64,000 nt of DNA from Gammaproteobacteria bacterium (GTDB taxonomy: Bacteria; Pseudomonadota; Gammaproteobacteria; UBA6429; Thiohalophilaceae). This document shows positions 19,002 through 29,236 of the stretch, piece by piece. The notes beneath the pieces are model-generated. The model was given only the letters and a program-made list of their open reading frames with translations. It was not told where the DNA came from and searched no databases. Both the position numbers and the translations under genes were made by a program. The stretch covers positions 2,784-66,783 of the forward strand of contig JACQBC010000018.1 of the NCBI GenBank assembly GCA_016194635.1, in the 5' to 3' direction. How positions within the stretch are numbered: position 1 is the stretch's first letter; the number at the start of each line of letters is the position of its first letter.

Positions 19002-21328
19002 CCGTCCACTCCTTCTTTCTGTACCGCGTTGATCGCGCGCAGAATCGATTCCGGCGTTGCCGGTGCCGTCAAACGCAGTACCACACCCCGTTTACCGCAG
19101 CTGGCAACCGCAGCGCGAATCGCGTGTAGTACCGCTATCGCTAGCATCAACGGCGGTTCGCCAACCGCCTTCGAGCGGTGGATCGTGTCTTCGCGATTGG
19201 GTTCACCTTCGAGCAATCGCACCGTGGCCTGCGCGGGCCAATCGCGCGCGGTCGGAATCTTGTAAGTCGACGGCGCGTGTGTCTTAAGCTCGCCATGTTC
19301 GTTCCAGCAGAGTTCTTCACTGGTCAGCCAACCCGCACCCTGTAGAAAACCACCCTCGATCTGACCGATATCGATGGCGGGATTCAGCGAGCGACCCACG
19401 TCGTGCAGAATGTCGACGCGCAACAGGCGCGATTCACCGGTCAGCACATCGATAGCAACTTCAGCTACGGCGACGCCATAGGCAAAATAGTAAAACGGCC
19501 GGCCGGTGAGTGTGGCGCGATCGTAATGTATCTTCGGTGTGCTGTAGTACCCGGTGGAGGACAACGAAATACGCGCGCCGTAGGCTTCGAGTACGAAAGC
19601 GGCGAAATCGGTTGCTTTGTCGCCCAGGGTTACACGGCCCTGGGTAAAACTCACTTTATCCGCTGTCAGTGCGTATTTATCACAGGCGTAATCGACCAAG
19701 CGTTGGCGAATAGTGTGCGCCGCGGCCTGCGCCGCCTTGCCGTTGAGGTCGCTGCCCGACGAGGCGGCGGTGGCGGAGGTATTTGGCACCTTGCCGATAT
19801 CGGTCGCGGAGACACGCACGCTGGCTAACGGTATGCCCAGTTCCTCGGCCACGACCTGCGCTACTTTGGTGAACAAGCCCTGCCCCATCTCAGTACCGCC
19901 GTGGTTCACCAGCACCGTGCCGTCAGTATAGACATGCAGCAAGGCGCCGGCTTGGTTATACAACGTCGCATTAAAGGAAATGCCAAACTTGACCGGGGTG
20001 AGGGCGATGCCGCGCTTGATCACCGGACTGTGCTGATTAAAGACGGTAATGCGCTCACGCCGCGCCCGGTAATCGCTGCTCGCCTCGAGTTGATCGGTCA
20101 TTAGGGCAAGCACATTGTCCTCGACGGGTTGCAGGTAGGGCGTGATATTGCGCTCGGTGATGGCGTAATAATTCACACGCCGCACCGCGAGTGGATCAAG
20201 GTCTAGCGTGCGGGCAATGTCGTCGATGATCTGTTCGATAACCAGCATGCCCTGCGGCCCGCCGAAACCGCGGAAGGCGGTGTTGGACACGGTGTGGGTC
20301 TTACAACGGTGCGAAATGATCTCGACGTGTTCGAGAAAATAGGCGTTGTCGACATGCATCATCGCGCGATCATTCACCGGCCCGGACAGATCGGCGGAAT
20401 AACCGCAGCGCGAGGCGAGCATCACCAACAGCGCCTGAATGCGTCCACTGGCATCGAAACCCACATCGTAATCGGCAATAAAATCATGGCGCTTACCGGT
20501 CATGATCATGTCGGCATCGCGATCGACGCGCAGCTTCACCGCGCGGCCGGTTTTCTGCGCCAGCAGCGCGGCGGCGCAGGCGAACAATGCCGGCTGACTT
20601 TCTTTACCGCCGAAGCCGCCGCCCATGCGTCGGCACTGCACGATGATATCGTGGGCACTACGGCCCAGCGCGTGCGCAACCTTATGCTGGACCTCGGTGG
20701 GGTGTTGGGTCGAGCAATGAATCAGCATCGCGCCGTCTTCTTGTGGAATCGCCACCGAGATATGCCCTTCCAGATAAAACTGGTCCTGTCCGCCCATCTC
20801 GACCGTGCCGCGTAAGCGCCGCGCCGCGGCGGCCAAGGCCGCGTGCGGATCACCACGTGCGAGGCGCTGCGTCGGGATAACGAAACTCTGCGCCGCCAAG
20901 GCCGCACGAATGTCCAGAATCGCCGGCAGGGTTTCGTAGTCAATGCGCGCCAAGCGCACGGCGCGCCGGGCAGCCTCAACGCTTTGCGCCGCCACGGCAA
21001 ACAACGACTGACCAACATACTGCACGAGGTGATCCGCGAAGATAGGATCATCGTCACGGATCGGGCCACAAGTGTTATGCCCGGGCACATCGCCCGCCAG
21101 CATCACCGCGACCACACCCGGCGCGGTGCGCACCGCGGACAGATCGATGGCACGCAGTCGGCCGTGCGCGATCGTGCTCATGCCCAGGGCGGCATGCAAT
21201 GTGTTGGCCGGAAGGGGAATGTCGTCGGTATAAAAAGCCCTGCCCGCTACATGCAGATGCGCGCTTTCATGGCGAATCGCCTTGCCGACAACCTCGGAGG
21301 GGCACGGCTTGGCGGTCGAGGTATTCAT
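18998..21328 (-). CDS. xdhB: Xanthine dehydrogenase molybdopterin-binding subunit
   Basis: 776-aa aldehyde oxidase/xanthine dehydrogenase MoCo-binding domains. Confidence 0.9.
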   Translation of the reverse strand: MNTSTAKPCPSEVVGKAIRHESAHLHVAGRAFYTDDIPLPANTLHAALGMSTIAHGRLRAIDLSAVRTAPGVVAVMLAGDVPGHNTCGPIRDDDPIFADHLVQYVGQSLFAVAAQSVEAARRAVRLARIDYETLPAILDIRAALAAQSFVIPTQRLARGDPHAALAAAARRLRGTVEMGGQDQFYLEGHISVAIPQEDGAMLIHCSTQHPTEVQHKVAHALGRSAHDIIVQCRRMGGGFGGKESQPALFACAAALLAQKTGRAVKLRVDRDADMIMTGKRHDFIADYDVGFDASGRIQALLVMLASRCGYSADLSGPVNDRAMMHVDNAYFLEHVEIISHRCKTHTVSNTAFRGFGGPQGMLVIEQIIDDIARTLDLDPLAVRRVNYYAITERNITPYLQPVEDNVLALMTDQLEASSDYRARRERITVFNQHSPVIKRGIALTPVKFGISFNATLYNQAGALLHVYTDGTVLVNHGGTEMGQGLFTKVAQVVAEELGIPLASVRVSATDIGKVPNTSATAASSGSDLNGKAAQAAAHTIRQRLVDYACDKYALTADKVSFTQGRVTLGDKATDFAAFVLEAYGARISLSSTGYYSTPKIHYDRATLTGRPFYYFAYGVAVAEVAIDVLTGESRLLRVDILHDVGRSLNPAIDIGQIEGGFLQGAGWLTSEELCWNEHGELKTHAPSTYKIPTARDWPAQATVRLLEGEPNREDTIHRSKAVGEPPLMLAIAVLHAIRAAVASCGKRGVVLRLTAPATPESILRAINAVQKEGVDG

Positions 21329-22824
21329 GGTGATTCCACCCGCAGCGCGGTGCTCACGGCGGGAATACGCGTTGGGAATGTTGCGGCGGCATCGTGTTCA
21401 AGATACAGGCGCTTGAGCAGATTGCCAGCGACTTGCAGGCGATAGTTCGCACTGGCGCGCATATCGCTGATCGGCCGATAGTCCTGGGCGATCGCTTTAC
21501 CCGCGGCAACCAAGCTGTCCTCCGACCATGGTCGGCCGATCAGCGCGGTTTCGCTATGGCGCGCACGCTGTGGCGTGGCGGCCATGCCGCCATAGGCGAT
21601 ACGTGCCGCGGTAACGAGTCCTGCTTCGATCCGCACCACATACGCTCCGCATAGCGCCGAGATATCCTGATCGAAACGTTTAGCGATCTTGTAGCTGGCA
21701 ACAACGATTTTGACCCCGGCGCTATCGTGCAGAATTGGAATGCGCACCGCGGCAATGAATTCACCCGGCTCGAGCGCTTTTTTCTGGTAACCAAGATAAA
21801 ATTCGTCAAGTGGTAAGGTGCGTGTCTGGCCACCGCGGCGCAACACCAGCGTCGCGCCGAGCGCCAGCAGGATCGGCATCGAATCGCCGATCGGCGAACC
21901 GTTGGCGAGATTACCGCAGAGTGTTGCCGAATTCCGAATCGGGATCGAGGCAAAACGGTTGGCCAGTTCCTCCAATGCGGGATAATGGGCGCAGATTGCC
22001 TGATAGGCTTCGTGCAATCGCACCGCCGCACCGATCTCGATCCTATCCATTGTTTCGCTGATGGTTGCCAACCCGACGACATTGCCAATGTAGATGATCG
22101 AGGGCAAGTCGCGCAGTTGCTTGGTCACCCACAAACCGATGTCGGTGCCGCCGGCGAGCAGCACTGCGCCGGGATTATTTTCGTAACAACCCGCCAGCTC
22201 GTCTAATGCACGCGGAGCAACATAGCCGGGGGCGACGGCGATGTTCAAGCTGTGGGTACGGGTAATCGAGGCATGCAGTGCGCGCCGCGATTCAGATTGC
22301 GCGTCATGGCGGCTCCATACTTCGGGCTCAGGCAAGATCATCGCCACTGCGGCGGCGTCGATGATCGGACGATAACCCGTACAGCGACACAGATTTCCTG
22401 ACAGGTAATCAACCACCTTGGCGCGGCCCGGGGCTGCGTCTTCGAGGTAGAGGGCGAACAGCGACATGACAAACCCGGGCGTGCAAAAACCACATTGTGA
22501 TCCGTGGCAGTCGACCAGTGCCTGCTGTACCGGGTGGAGTTTTCCCGCAGGGGACTGGAGACTTTCAACGGTGACGATTTCCTTGCCGTCGAAGCTGGCT
22601 ATGAAACGGATACAGGAATTGACCGCCCGATACACGATCCGGCTACCACACAGTTCGCCCTCGACCACGGTGCAGGCGCCGCAATCGCCCTCGGCGCAGC
22701 CTTCCTTGGTGCCGGTGCGGCCTAGCCCCTCACGCAGGTATTGCAACAGCGTGGTGGTGGGCGGCAGCTTGTCGAGTGTGATCACCTTGCCATCGAGGAT
22801 GAAACGAATGCCCTCGCAATTCAT
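21325..22824 (-). CDS. xdhA: Xanthine dehydrogenase small subunit (2Fe-2S + FAD)
   Basis: N-terminal 2Fe-2S Cys motifs (CAEGDCGACTV; CHGSQCGFCTPG) followed by an FAD-binding domain. Start set at MNCEGIRF. Confidence 0.9.
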   Translation of the reverse strand: MNCEGIRFILDGKVITLDKLPPTTTLLQYLREGLGRTGTKEGCAEGDCGACTVVEGELCGSRIVYRAVNSCIRFIASFDGKEIVTVESLQSPAGKLHPVQQALVDCHGSQCGFCTPGFVMSLFALYLEDAAPGRAKVVDYLSGNLCRCTGYRPIIDAAAVAMILPEPEVWSRHDAQSESRRALHASITRTHSLNIAVAPGYVAPRALDELAGCYENNPGAVLLAGGTDIGLWVTKQLRDLPSIIYIGNVVGLATISETMDRIEIGAAVRLHEAYQAICAHYPALEELANRFASIPIRNSATLCGNLANGSPIGDSMPILLALGATLVLRRGGQTRTLPLDEFYLGYQKKALEPGEFIAAVRIPILHDSAGVKIVVASYKIAKRFDQDISALCGAYVVRIEAGLVTAARIAYGGMAATPQRARHSETALIGRPWSEDSLVAAGKAIAQDYRPISDMRASANYRLQVAGNLLKRLYLEHDAAATFPTRIPAVSTALRVESP

Positions 22825-22825
22825 G

Positions 22826-23173
22826 TCAGCTACCCCGGTAGGTGGAGTAGCCCCACGGCGACAGCAGCAGTGGCACGTGATAGTGCGCGTGAATATCCGC
22901 GATCCCGATGCGGATGACCACGGTATCGAGAAAAGCCGGGCTGGGTAGGTTTTCGCCCTGCCGCCGAAAATATTCGCCGATGTGAAATAGCAGTTCGTAT
23001 TCACCGGATTCCATCGTAGCCTCTTCCAGCAGCGGCTTGTCGCAACGCCCGTCGCTGCCGGTCACCCTGCTGGCCAGCAATACACCCGGAAGGCGATACA
23101 GTTCTATCATCACCCCAACGGCTGGAATGCCCCTCGCGGTATTGAGAACATGCGTCGTCAACCGGCCCATCAC
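22826..23173 (-). CDS. hiuH: 5-hydroxyisourate hydrolase (transthyretin-like)
   Basis: Length of about 115 aa and the C-terminal YRGS signature. Confidence 0.85.
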   Translation of the reverse strand: MMGRLTTHVLNTARGIPAVGVMIELYRLPGVLLASRVTGSDGRCDKPLLEEATMESGEYELLFHIGEYFRRQGENLPSPAFLDTVVIRIGIADIHAHYHVPLLLSPWGYSTYRGS

Positions 23174-23719
23174 CCATGAACTCGCAGCACAGCAGATGAA
23201 CTAAAAAGGTGCAAACCGGAAAATATTGCACCACACTTTGTTATCCCCGCCGTAGGAGTAGTGTCGAAGCGGTGTACCCTTACTCGCCCCCTCTTCACTC
23301 TCCCACGATCCAAGCGCTGTGCGATCGAGCGCCTTGTTTGTCGCGGGCTTTGGCGGCGCAAGGACAGACCGCTGCAACCCTCATGCTTATATATGTAGAT
23401 ACCGGTTAACACGGACATCTCCCGAACGTGGCAGCAATCGCATTTACATAACAGGATCGCGTATAAGTTCTCAGGCAATATATGTACCAACGAGCAACAC
23501 AGGTAAATTCACCGCTTGATAAAATGCCTAACGAAGACGGGGCAGAACGGTGATGAACATGGGGGCTACGCCAGCCTCATTACCGCTGGCGTCAGGGCAA
23601 TGATGGTGCGGCATTTGCTAGATATACGCAAACGACGGATTCTTTATGACGATACCGCCGGATACATTGATAGTTACTGCGGAGGTTACCCACAGGTGAG
23701 CACGCTTGATACCCGTCCC

Positions 23720-24649
23720 ATGCCCGACCCCGAAAATCTGGCGGATTATCCGCGCGACATGATGGGCTACGGCCGCATCGCACCGCGGGCCCATTGGCCG
23801 GGTAATGCGCGCATCGCACTACAGTTCGTACTGAACTACGAAGAAGGCGCCGAGAACTCGGTATTGCATGGCGACCCGGCCTCGGAAAGTTTTCTTTCCG
23901 AAATCATCGGTGCCAAACCTTTTACAGGCCGACGCCACATGAGCATGGAGTCGCTCTACGAATATGGCAGCCGCGCGGGTGTATGGCGACTACTGCGTCT
24001 TTTTGAGAGGCGCCAGTTGCCGTTGACCGCGTTCGCCGTCGGCATGGCGCTGGCGCGTAATCCAGAAGTCGCGCAAGCGCTGGTTGAATCCGGTCACGAA
24101 GTGGCAAGTCACGGCTGGCGCTGGATCGATTACGATCAGATCGATGCGTCGATTGAACGCGCACATATCCAACGGGCAGTCGACGTGATCACACGCTTGA
24201 CCGGCATTGCGCCGCTAGGCTGGTATACCGGACGTAACAGCGAAAATACTCGCCGTCTCGTTGTCGAGCACGGAGGGTTTATTTATGACGCGGATTCCTA
24301 TAGCGACGATCTACCCTACTGGCAACAGGTGGGCGGCAAGCCACACCTCGTCGTGCCTTACACACTGGACACCAATGACATGCGTTTTGCCTCGGCGCAG
24401 GGGTTTAACTGCGGCGATCAGTTCTTTGTCTATCTGCGCGATGCCTTCGATACGCTGTACGCCGAGGGCATCGACTCCCCGAAGATGTTGTCCATCGGCC
24501 TGCATGGCCGGCTTGCAGGCCGCCCTGCGCGCATCGCCGCGCTGGAACGTTTTCTCGACCACGTGCAGCGCCATCCACAGGTATGGATCTGCCGCCGCAT
24601 CGAGATCGCACGCCACTGGATGGCGCAGCATCCTTGGCGGGGACCGTGA
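23720..24649 (+). CDS. puuE: Allantoinase PuuE (polysaccharide deacetylase family)
   Basis: Resembles PuuE from the N-terminus (DYPRDMMGYG...WPGNARIALQFVLNYEEG). Start chosen at MPDPENL. A longer ORF begins at 23516. Confidence 0.8.
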   Translation: MPDPENLADYPRDMMGYGRIAPRAHWPGNARIALQFVLNYEEGAENSVLHGDPASESFLSEIIGAKPFTGRRHMSMESLYEYGSRAGVWRLLRLFERRQLPLTAFAVGMALARNPEVAQALVESGHEVASHGWRWIDYDQIDASIERAHIQRAVDVITRLTGIAPLGWYTGRNSENTRRLVVEHGGFIYDADSYSDDLPYWQQVGGKPHLVVPYTLDTNDMRFASAQGFNCGDQFFVYLRDAFDTLYAEGIDSPKMLSIGLHGRLAGRPARIAALERFLDHVQRHPQVWICRRIEIARHWMAQHPWRGP

Positions 24650-25152
24650 CCTATTCGCTGCAGCAGGTTAATGCACTGAGTTTGGATGAATTCGTCAAAG
24701 TGTTTGGGCCGCTCTACGAACATTCGCCGTGGGTGGCGGAACAGGCAGCGGCAGCGCGACCGTTTGCATCGTTCGCGCAGTTACTGGGAACGATGCAGGC
24801 ACAGGTCAATCGCGCGCACGTCGACCAGCAGCTTACGCTTATCCGCGCGCACCCGGAGCTGCAGGGCAAGACCGCGCTGGCGCAACTGACGGCAAATTCA
24901 CAACACGAGCAGAAATCAGCTGGACTGGACCAATGCACGCCGCACGAACTGATGCAATTCAATGCTCTCAACCAAGCGTATCGCGACAAGTTTGACTTTC
25001 CCTTCGTAATCGCCGTACGCGGCCTGACACGGAGCGATATCCTTACCAGCCTGATCACTCGTTTGGGAAATGATCACGCCGTCGAATTTAATACCTGCCT
25101 CATCGAAATCGCCAAGATCGCCAAGTTGCGGCTTATCGCGCTGACGCGATAA
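24646..25152 (+). CDS. uraD: OHCU decarboxylase
   Basis: LSLDEFVKVFGPLYEHSPWVAE motif. Probable GTG start overlapping the puuE stop (GTGA). Confidence 0.75.
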   Translation: MTYSLQQVNALSLDEFVKVFGPLYEHSPWVAEQAAAARPFASFAQLLGTMQAQVNRAHVDQQLTLIRAHPELQGKTALAQLTANSQHEQKSAGLDQCTPHELMQFNALNQAYRDKFDFPFVIAVRGLTRSDILTSLITRLGNDHAVEFNTCLIEIAKIAKLRLIALTR

Positions 25153-25497
25153 AGCCACCGTTTGCATCAAATCGCAGTCGTTTTGGCCTCAGCAACACCT
25201 CATCGCATGTCCTCTGCAACGGCCATCCTCCCATAACAACCGCACCATCTTAGTACGTAGCTAACCGCTAATGCGTCAGGTTAACGCATTATTTACCCGT
25301 CGATCTCAACAGCCGCGAGGTGTCCCGTTGTCAGGGATCCTTGATCAGACGGCGTTCTTGTATTCAAAGATGTATACAACGGGATTGGGTTGAGTCGCTG
25401 GCATGTTGCTTGCTGTTACCTTTGCTAAGCGGAAGGATGGCTTGCCCACTCACACCGTCATATACAACATTTTAAATTTTTTTCGGGAGACAGGTAA

Positions 25498-26385
25498 ATG
25501 GTTCAAACATGCGCTTTCAAAAACACTACTACATTAATAATAGCGGTTGCACTGTTTGGAAGTTCCGTGCTGTTAGCCGGCCTTCCCGCATACGCCGCGG
25601 ACTGGAGCGACACTTCGATCAGTTGGCGTTATGGCAGCAAATTCGCCGAGCCCTACGAGACCAATGACATCTCCAAGAACATCTTTGCCCTGACCCATGT
25701 GAGCGGTTATAAATACGGCATCAACTTCTTCAATCTCGACATGTTAATGTCCGACAGCAAGGACCCGTCTAACGCCCATTCGACCGATGGCGCGCAAGAG
25801 GCCTATGTGGTTTACCGCAACACGCTTGACCTCGGCAAAATCACCGGTAGCGACTTCAAGTTTAGCGTCGTGAAAGATGTCGGCGCGACCTTTGGGTTCG
25901 ATTGGAATGCCAAGACCGATGCAGGTTATAACTCCAAGAAGCGGATGCTGGTACTAGGACCCACCTTGATGTTCGACGTACCTGGTTTTCTCAATGTCAG
26001 TCTGCTCGCGTTGTGGGAGAGCAATGCGCCGTGCAATACCTACAGCGCTACCTGCGTCTCACGGTACCGCTACAAAACCCATCCGATGTTGACCGCGGCT
26101 TGGGGTATTCCTATCGGCGCGTCGGCATTTTCCTTCGAGGGATTTATGAATTACATCGCCTCCAAGGGTACCGACGAGTTTGGTGCCACCACCAAACCAG
26201 AAACGAATTTTGATGGCCAGATCATGGCCGATATCGGCAAACTCAGCGGTGGACCAAAAGACAGCTTCAAGCTCGGTCTCGAATACCAATACTGGAAGAA
26301 CAAATTTGGCAATGACGCCTCCGGCCCGGCAGGCAGTGGGGCGTTCGCCAAGACCCCCATGGTCAGGGCCGAGTATCACTTCTGA
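25498..26385 (+). CDS. Outer membrane channel, Tsx-like (nucleoside-specific porin family)
   Basis: Signal peptide and a Trp/Tyr-rich beta-barrel-like sequence ending in an aromatic residue (...EYHF). Sits next to nucleoside uptake genes. Confidence 0.5.
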   Translation: MVQTCAFKNTTTLIIAVALFGSSVLLAGLPAYAADWSDTSISWRYGSKFAEPYETNDISKNIFALTHVSGYKYGINFFNLDMLMSDSKDPSNAHSTDGAQEAYVVYRNTLDLGKITGSDFKFSVVKDVGATFGFDWNAKTDAGYNSKKRMLVLGPTLMFDVPGFLNVSLLALWESNAPCNTYSATCVSRYRYKTHPMLTAAWGIPIGASAFSFEGFMNYIASKGTDEFGATTKPETNFDGQIMADIGKLSGGPKDSFKLGLEYQYWKNKFGNDASGPAGSGAFAKTPMVRAEYHF

Positions 26386-26498
26386 TCAGGGATGAAAATG
26401 TTCTGGCAACGACACTACCCACTGGGTCCGCTCGGATCCGGCCACAACGCGGTGCGATCAAAACGCCGCGCAGTGCGCAGTCGACTATTTTCCTGGAG

Positions 26499-27593
26499 AT
26501 GCTCATGATGATCCGTTCCATTTTGAAACTTGCTGTTCTGGTATTCAGCGCCGTCGCCAGCCTCGCTGCGACATCGGTTGTCAACGCTGCGGAACCCCTC
26601 AAGATTGCTTTCGTCTATCTCGGTCCGGTGGGCGACGGCGGCTGGACTTTTCAACACAACCAAGGCCGACTCGCCGTGGAAAAGGCACTCGGTGACAAGG
26701 TCAAGACCACCTATGTCGAAAATGTCCCCGAGACGGCGGATGCCGAACGGGTTATCCGTCAGCTGGCGGTCGATGGCAACAAACTGATCTTTACCACCTC
26801 GTTCGGGTATATGGATCCGACACTGAAGGTGGCCAAGCTCTTCCCCAAAACCTATTTCGAGCATGCCACCGGCTACAAGACAGCGCCAAACCTGGCAACC
26901 TACCAAACACGTTTTTATGAAGGCGCCTATCTGCTGGGCGTTATTGCCGGCAAGATGACCAAGACCAACACGCTGGGCTTCGTCGGCTCGTTTCCGATTC
27001 CCGAAGTGATACGCAACATCAATGCCTATACTATGGGTGCGCGCAGCGTGAATCCTAACATCAAGACCAAGGTGATCTGGGTGAATACCTGGTACGACCC
27101 GGGCAAAGAACGTCAAGCGGCGGAAACTCTGGTCGCGCAGGGCGCGGACATGCTGGCGCAGAACACCGATTCACCGGCCGTGGTTCAGGTCGCGGAAGAA
27201 AAGAAGGTGCACGCCTTTGGCTGGGATTCGGACATGGCCCAGTACGGTCCGCACGCGGAACTGACAGCGAATACCGAGAACTGGGGCGTGTATTACATTC
27301 GAGAAGCAAAACGGGTATTGGATGGCACCTGGAAGCCGGGTGAAACCCATTGGGGTATCAAGGAAGGCATGGTCGTTCTCAAGCCGCTCAATCCCGCCGT
27401 TCCCCCCGAGGTGGCCAAGCTGTTCGAGGCTAAAATGAAGGCTATCGTCGATGGCACGCTGATCCCTTTCTCCGGCCCACTCAAGGACAGTACCGGGATA
27501 GAAAAACTGGCCAAGGGCGCGGTGATGCCACTGAGTGATTTGATGGCGATCAACTGGTATGTCGAGGGGGTCGACGGAACGATTCCTAAATAG
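26499..27593 (+). CDS. BMP-family ABC transporter substrate-binding protein (purine nucleoside-binding, PnrA/Med-like)
   Basis: Signal peptide plus the BMP family signature (KIAFVYLGPVGDGGWTFQHNQG). Confidence 0.85.
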   Translation: MLMMIRSILKLAVLVFSAVASLAATSVVNAAEPLKIAFVYLGPVGDGGWTFQHNQGRLAVEKALGDKVKTTYVENVPETADAERVIRQLAVDGNKLIFTTSFGYMDPTLKVAKLFPKTYFEHATGYKTAPNLATYQTRFYEGAYLLGVIAGKMTKTNTLGFVGSFPIPEVIRNINAYTMGARSVNPNIKTKVIWVNTWYDPGKERQAAETLVAQGADMLAQNTDSPAVVQVAEEKKVHAFGWDSDMAQYGPHAELTANTENWGVYYIREAKRVLDGTWKPGETHWGIKEGMVVLKPLNPAVPPEVAKLFEAKMKAIVDGTLIPFSGPLKDSTGIEKLAKGAVMPLSDLMAINWYVEGVDGTIPK

Positions 27594-27672
27594 ATGCCTA
27601 AATAATAGTATCTGATCGCAGTTAACGCAGCAGGAGGAGGCTGCGCCGGGGTACAACCCCCACCAGAAATAA

Positions 27673-28707
27673 ATGACAGCCATCCCATATGAAACTGCCG
27701 CCATGGAACGCTTTGTGCGTGGCATTCCCAAAGCGGAGCTGCACCTGCATATCGAAGGTTCGCTCGAACCCGCGATGGTGTTCGCGCTCGCGGCAAAAAA
27801 CGCGGTGAGACTGGCCTATCCCAGCATCGAGGCGCTGCGCGAAGCCTACCGCTTCGAGAATTTACAGTCGTTTCTCGACATCTATTATGCCGGCGCCGAT
27901 GTGCTGCGGACCGAGGACGACTTCTACCTCATGACACTGGCCTACCTCGAACGGGCGCAACACGACGGTGTGGTTCATGTGGAAATATTTTTCGATCCGC
28001 AAACCCACACGCTGCGCGGCATTTCCTACGCGGCCGTAGTGCAAGGCATCAGCCGCGCGCTGTCGCAAGGACAGCAACGTTTGGGGATTTCATACCGGTT
28101 GATCCCGTGCTTCCTGCGTCATCTGAGTGCGGAAGATGCCATGCGTACCTTCGAGCAAGCCTTGCCGCTGCGCAAATTGATCCACGGTTTTGGCCTGGAT
28201 TCGTCCGAGAGCGGCAACCCGCCCGCGAAGTTCGCCGAGGTGTTCGCCCGCGCACGCGCCGCGGGATTCCCGGTGGTCGCCCATGCCGGCGAGGAAGGGC
28301 CGCCGGAATACATCCAGCAAGCACTGGATATCCTACAGGTGGCCCGCATCGACCACGGCGTACGCTGTGAAGCAGATCCTGCGCTGGTCGAACGTCTTGC
28401 GCGTACCCAGGTGCCGCTCACCGTCTGTCCGCTATCTAATATCAAACTCAAAGTGTTCGACCGCCTCGAAGATCACAACCTCAAGCGTCTGCTTGATCGC
28501 GGCCTGTGCGTCACTGTCAATTCTGACGACCCCGCCTATTTCGGTGGTTATATCGCGGACAATCTGCTCGCCGTGCAACAGGCATTGCATCTTAGCCATG
28601 CTGATATCGCGCAACTCGCCGCGAATTCCATCCGCGCCTCGTTTCTCGATCAAAGCGAGCAGGCGCCGCTGCTCGCGCGCATCGATGTCTATGCGTCCGC
28701 ACACTGA
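27673..28707 (+). CDS. add: Adenosine deaminase
   Basis: HLHIEGSL metal-binding motif near the N-terminus and C-terminal SDDP motif (VNSDDPAYFG). Confidence 0.9.
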   Translation: MTAIPYETAAMERFVRGIPKAELHLHIEGSLEPAMVFALAAKNAVRLAYPSIEALREAYRFENLQSFLDIYYAGADVLRTEDDFYLMTLAYLERAQHDGVVHVEIFFDPQTHTLRGISYAAVVQGISRALSQGQQRLGISYRLIPCFLRHLSAEDAMRTFEQALPLRKLIHGFGLDSSESGNPPAKFAEVFARARAAGFPVVAHAGEEGPPEYIQQALDILQVARIDHGVRCEADPALVERLARTQVPLTVCPLSNIKLKVFDRLEDHNLKRLLDRGLCVTVNSDDPAYFGGYIADNLLAVQQALHLSHADIAQLAANSIRASFLDQSEQAPLLARIDVYASAH

Positions 28708-28718
28708 GCCAACGACGA

Positions 28719-29235
28719 TGCCACTTAGCGTCAGCATCATCCTGCTCCGCCGTGAATTGGAGCCCGTGTTTGCTTTCTATCAAGCCCTGTTGGAACTCGA
28801 AGCAGCGGTCGAGCCGCGCGCGCCGCAGCAAGGCCTTCTTCCGCCTACAGATACGGACTGAGCGTGATGGAGACTTAGCACATGAGTTTTGCGCAAACCG
28901 ATAACGGTGTTCTGAGTATCCCGCTGATCGATATCGGCGGGTTCAACGTTGGACTGCCCACCCAGCGTGGTGAGATCGCGGCCAAAGTAGATCACGCCGC
29001 ACGCCGCATCGACTTCACGCAGATCACCGGACATGGTATTCCTGAGTCCGCGATCACCGACCTCGCGGCTGCAATCGATGGTTGCTTCGGCCTGCCCCTT
29101 GGGGAGAAGATGAAGACGCGGCCGTCGGCTGTCGACATCAATCGCGGTTATTCCAGCCCGCCGAGCGAACGACTGACGCCAGCCTGGGTGTGGAATCCGC
29201 CGTGGATCTGTTTGAAGCGTTCAATAATGGTATGA
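28719..29235 (+). pseudogene. Decayed gene patch: a VOC/glyoxalase-like N-terminal fragment (47-aa ORF) plus a truncated 2OG-Fe(II) oxygenase N-terminal domain (117-aa ORF)
   Basis: ORF 28882..29235 has a DIOX_N-like start (SIPLIDIGGF...GHGIPESAI) but stops after 117 aa, with only about 350 bp of space before the next gene. The small ORF 28719..28862 (LSVSIILLRRELEPVFAFYQALLELE) resembles a VOC N-terminus. Confidence 0.5.
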
Positions 29236-29236
29236 C

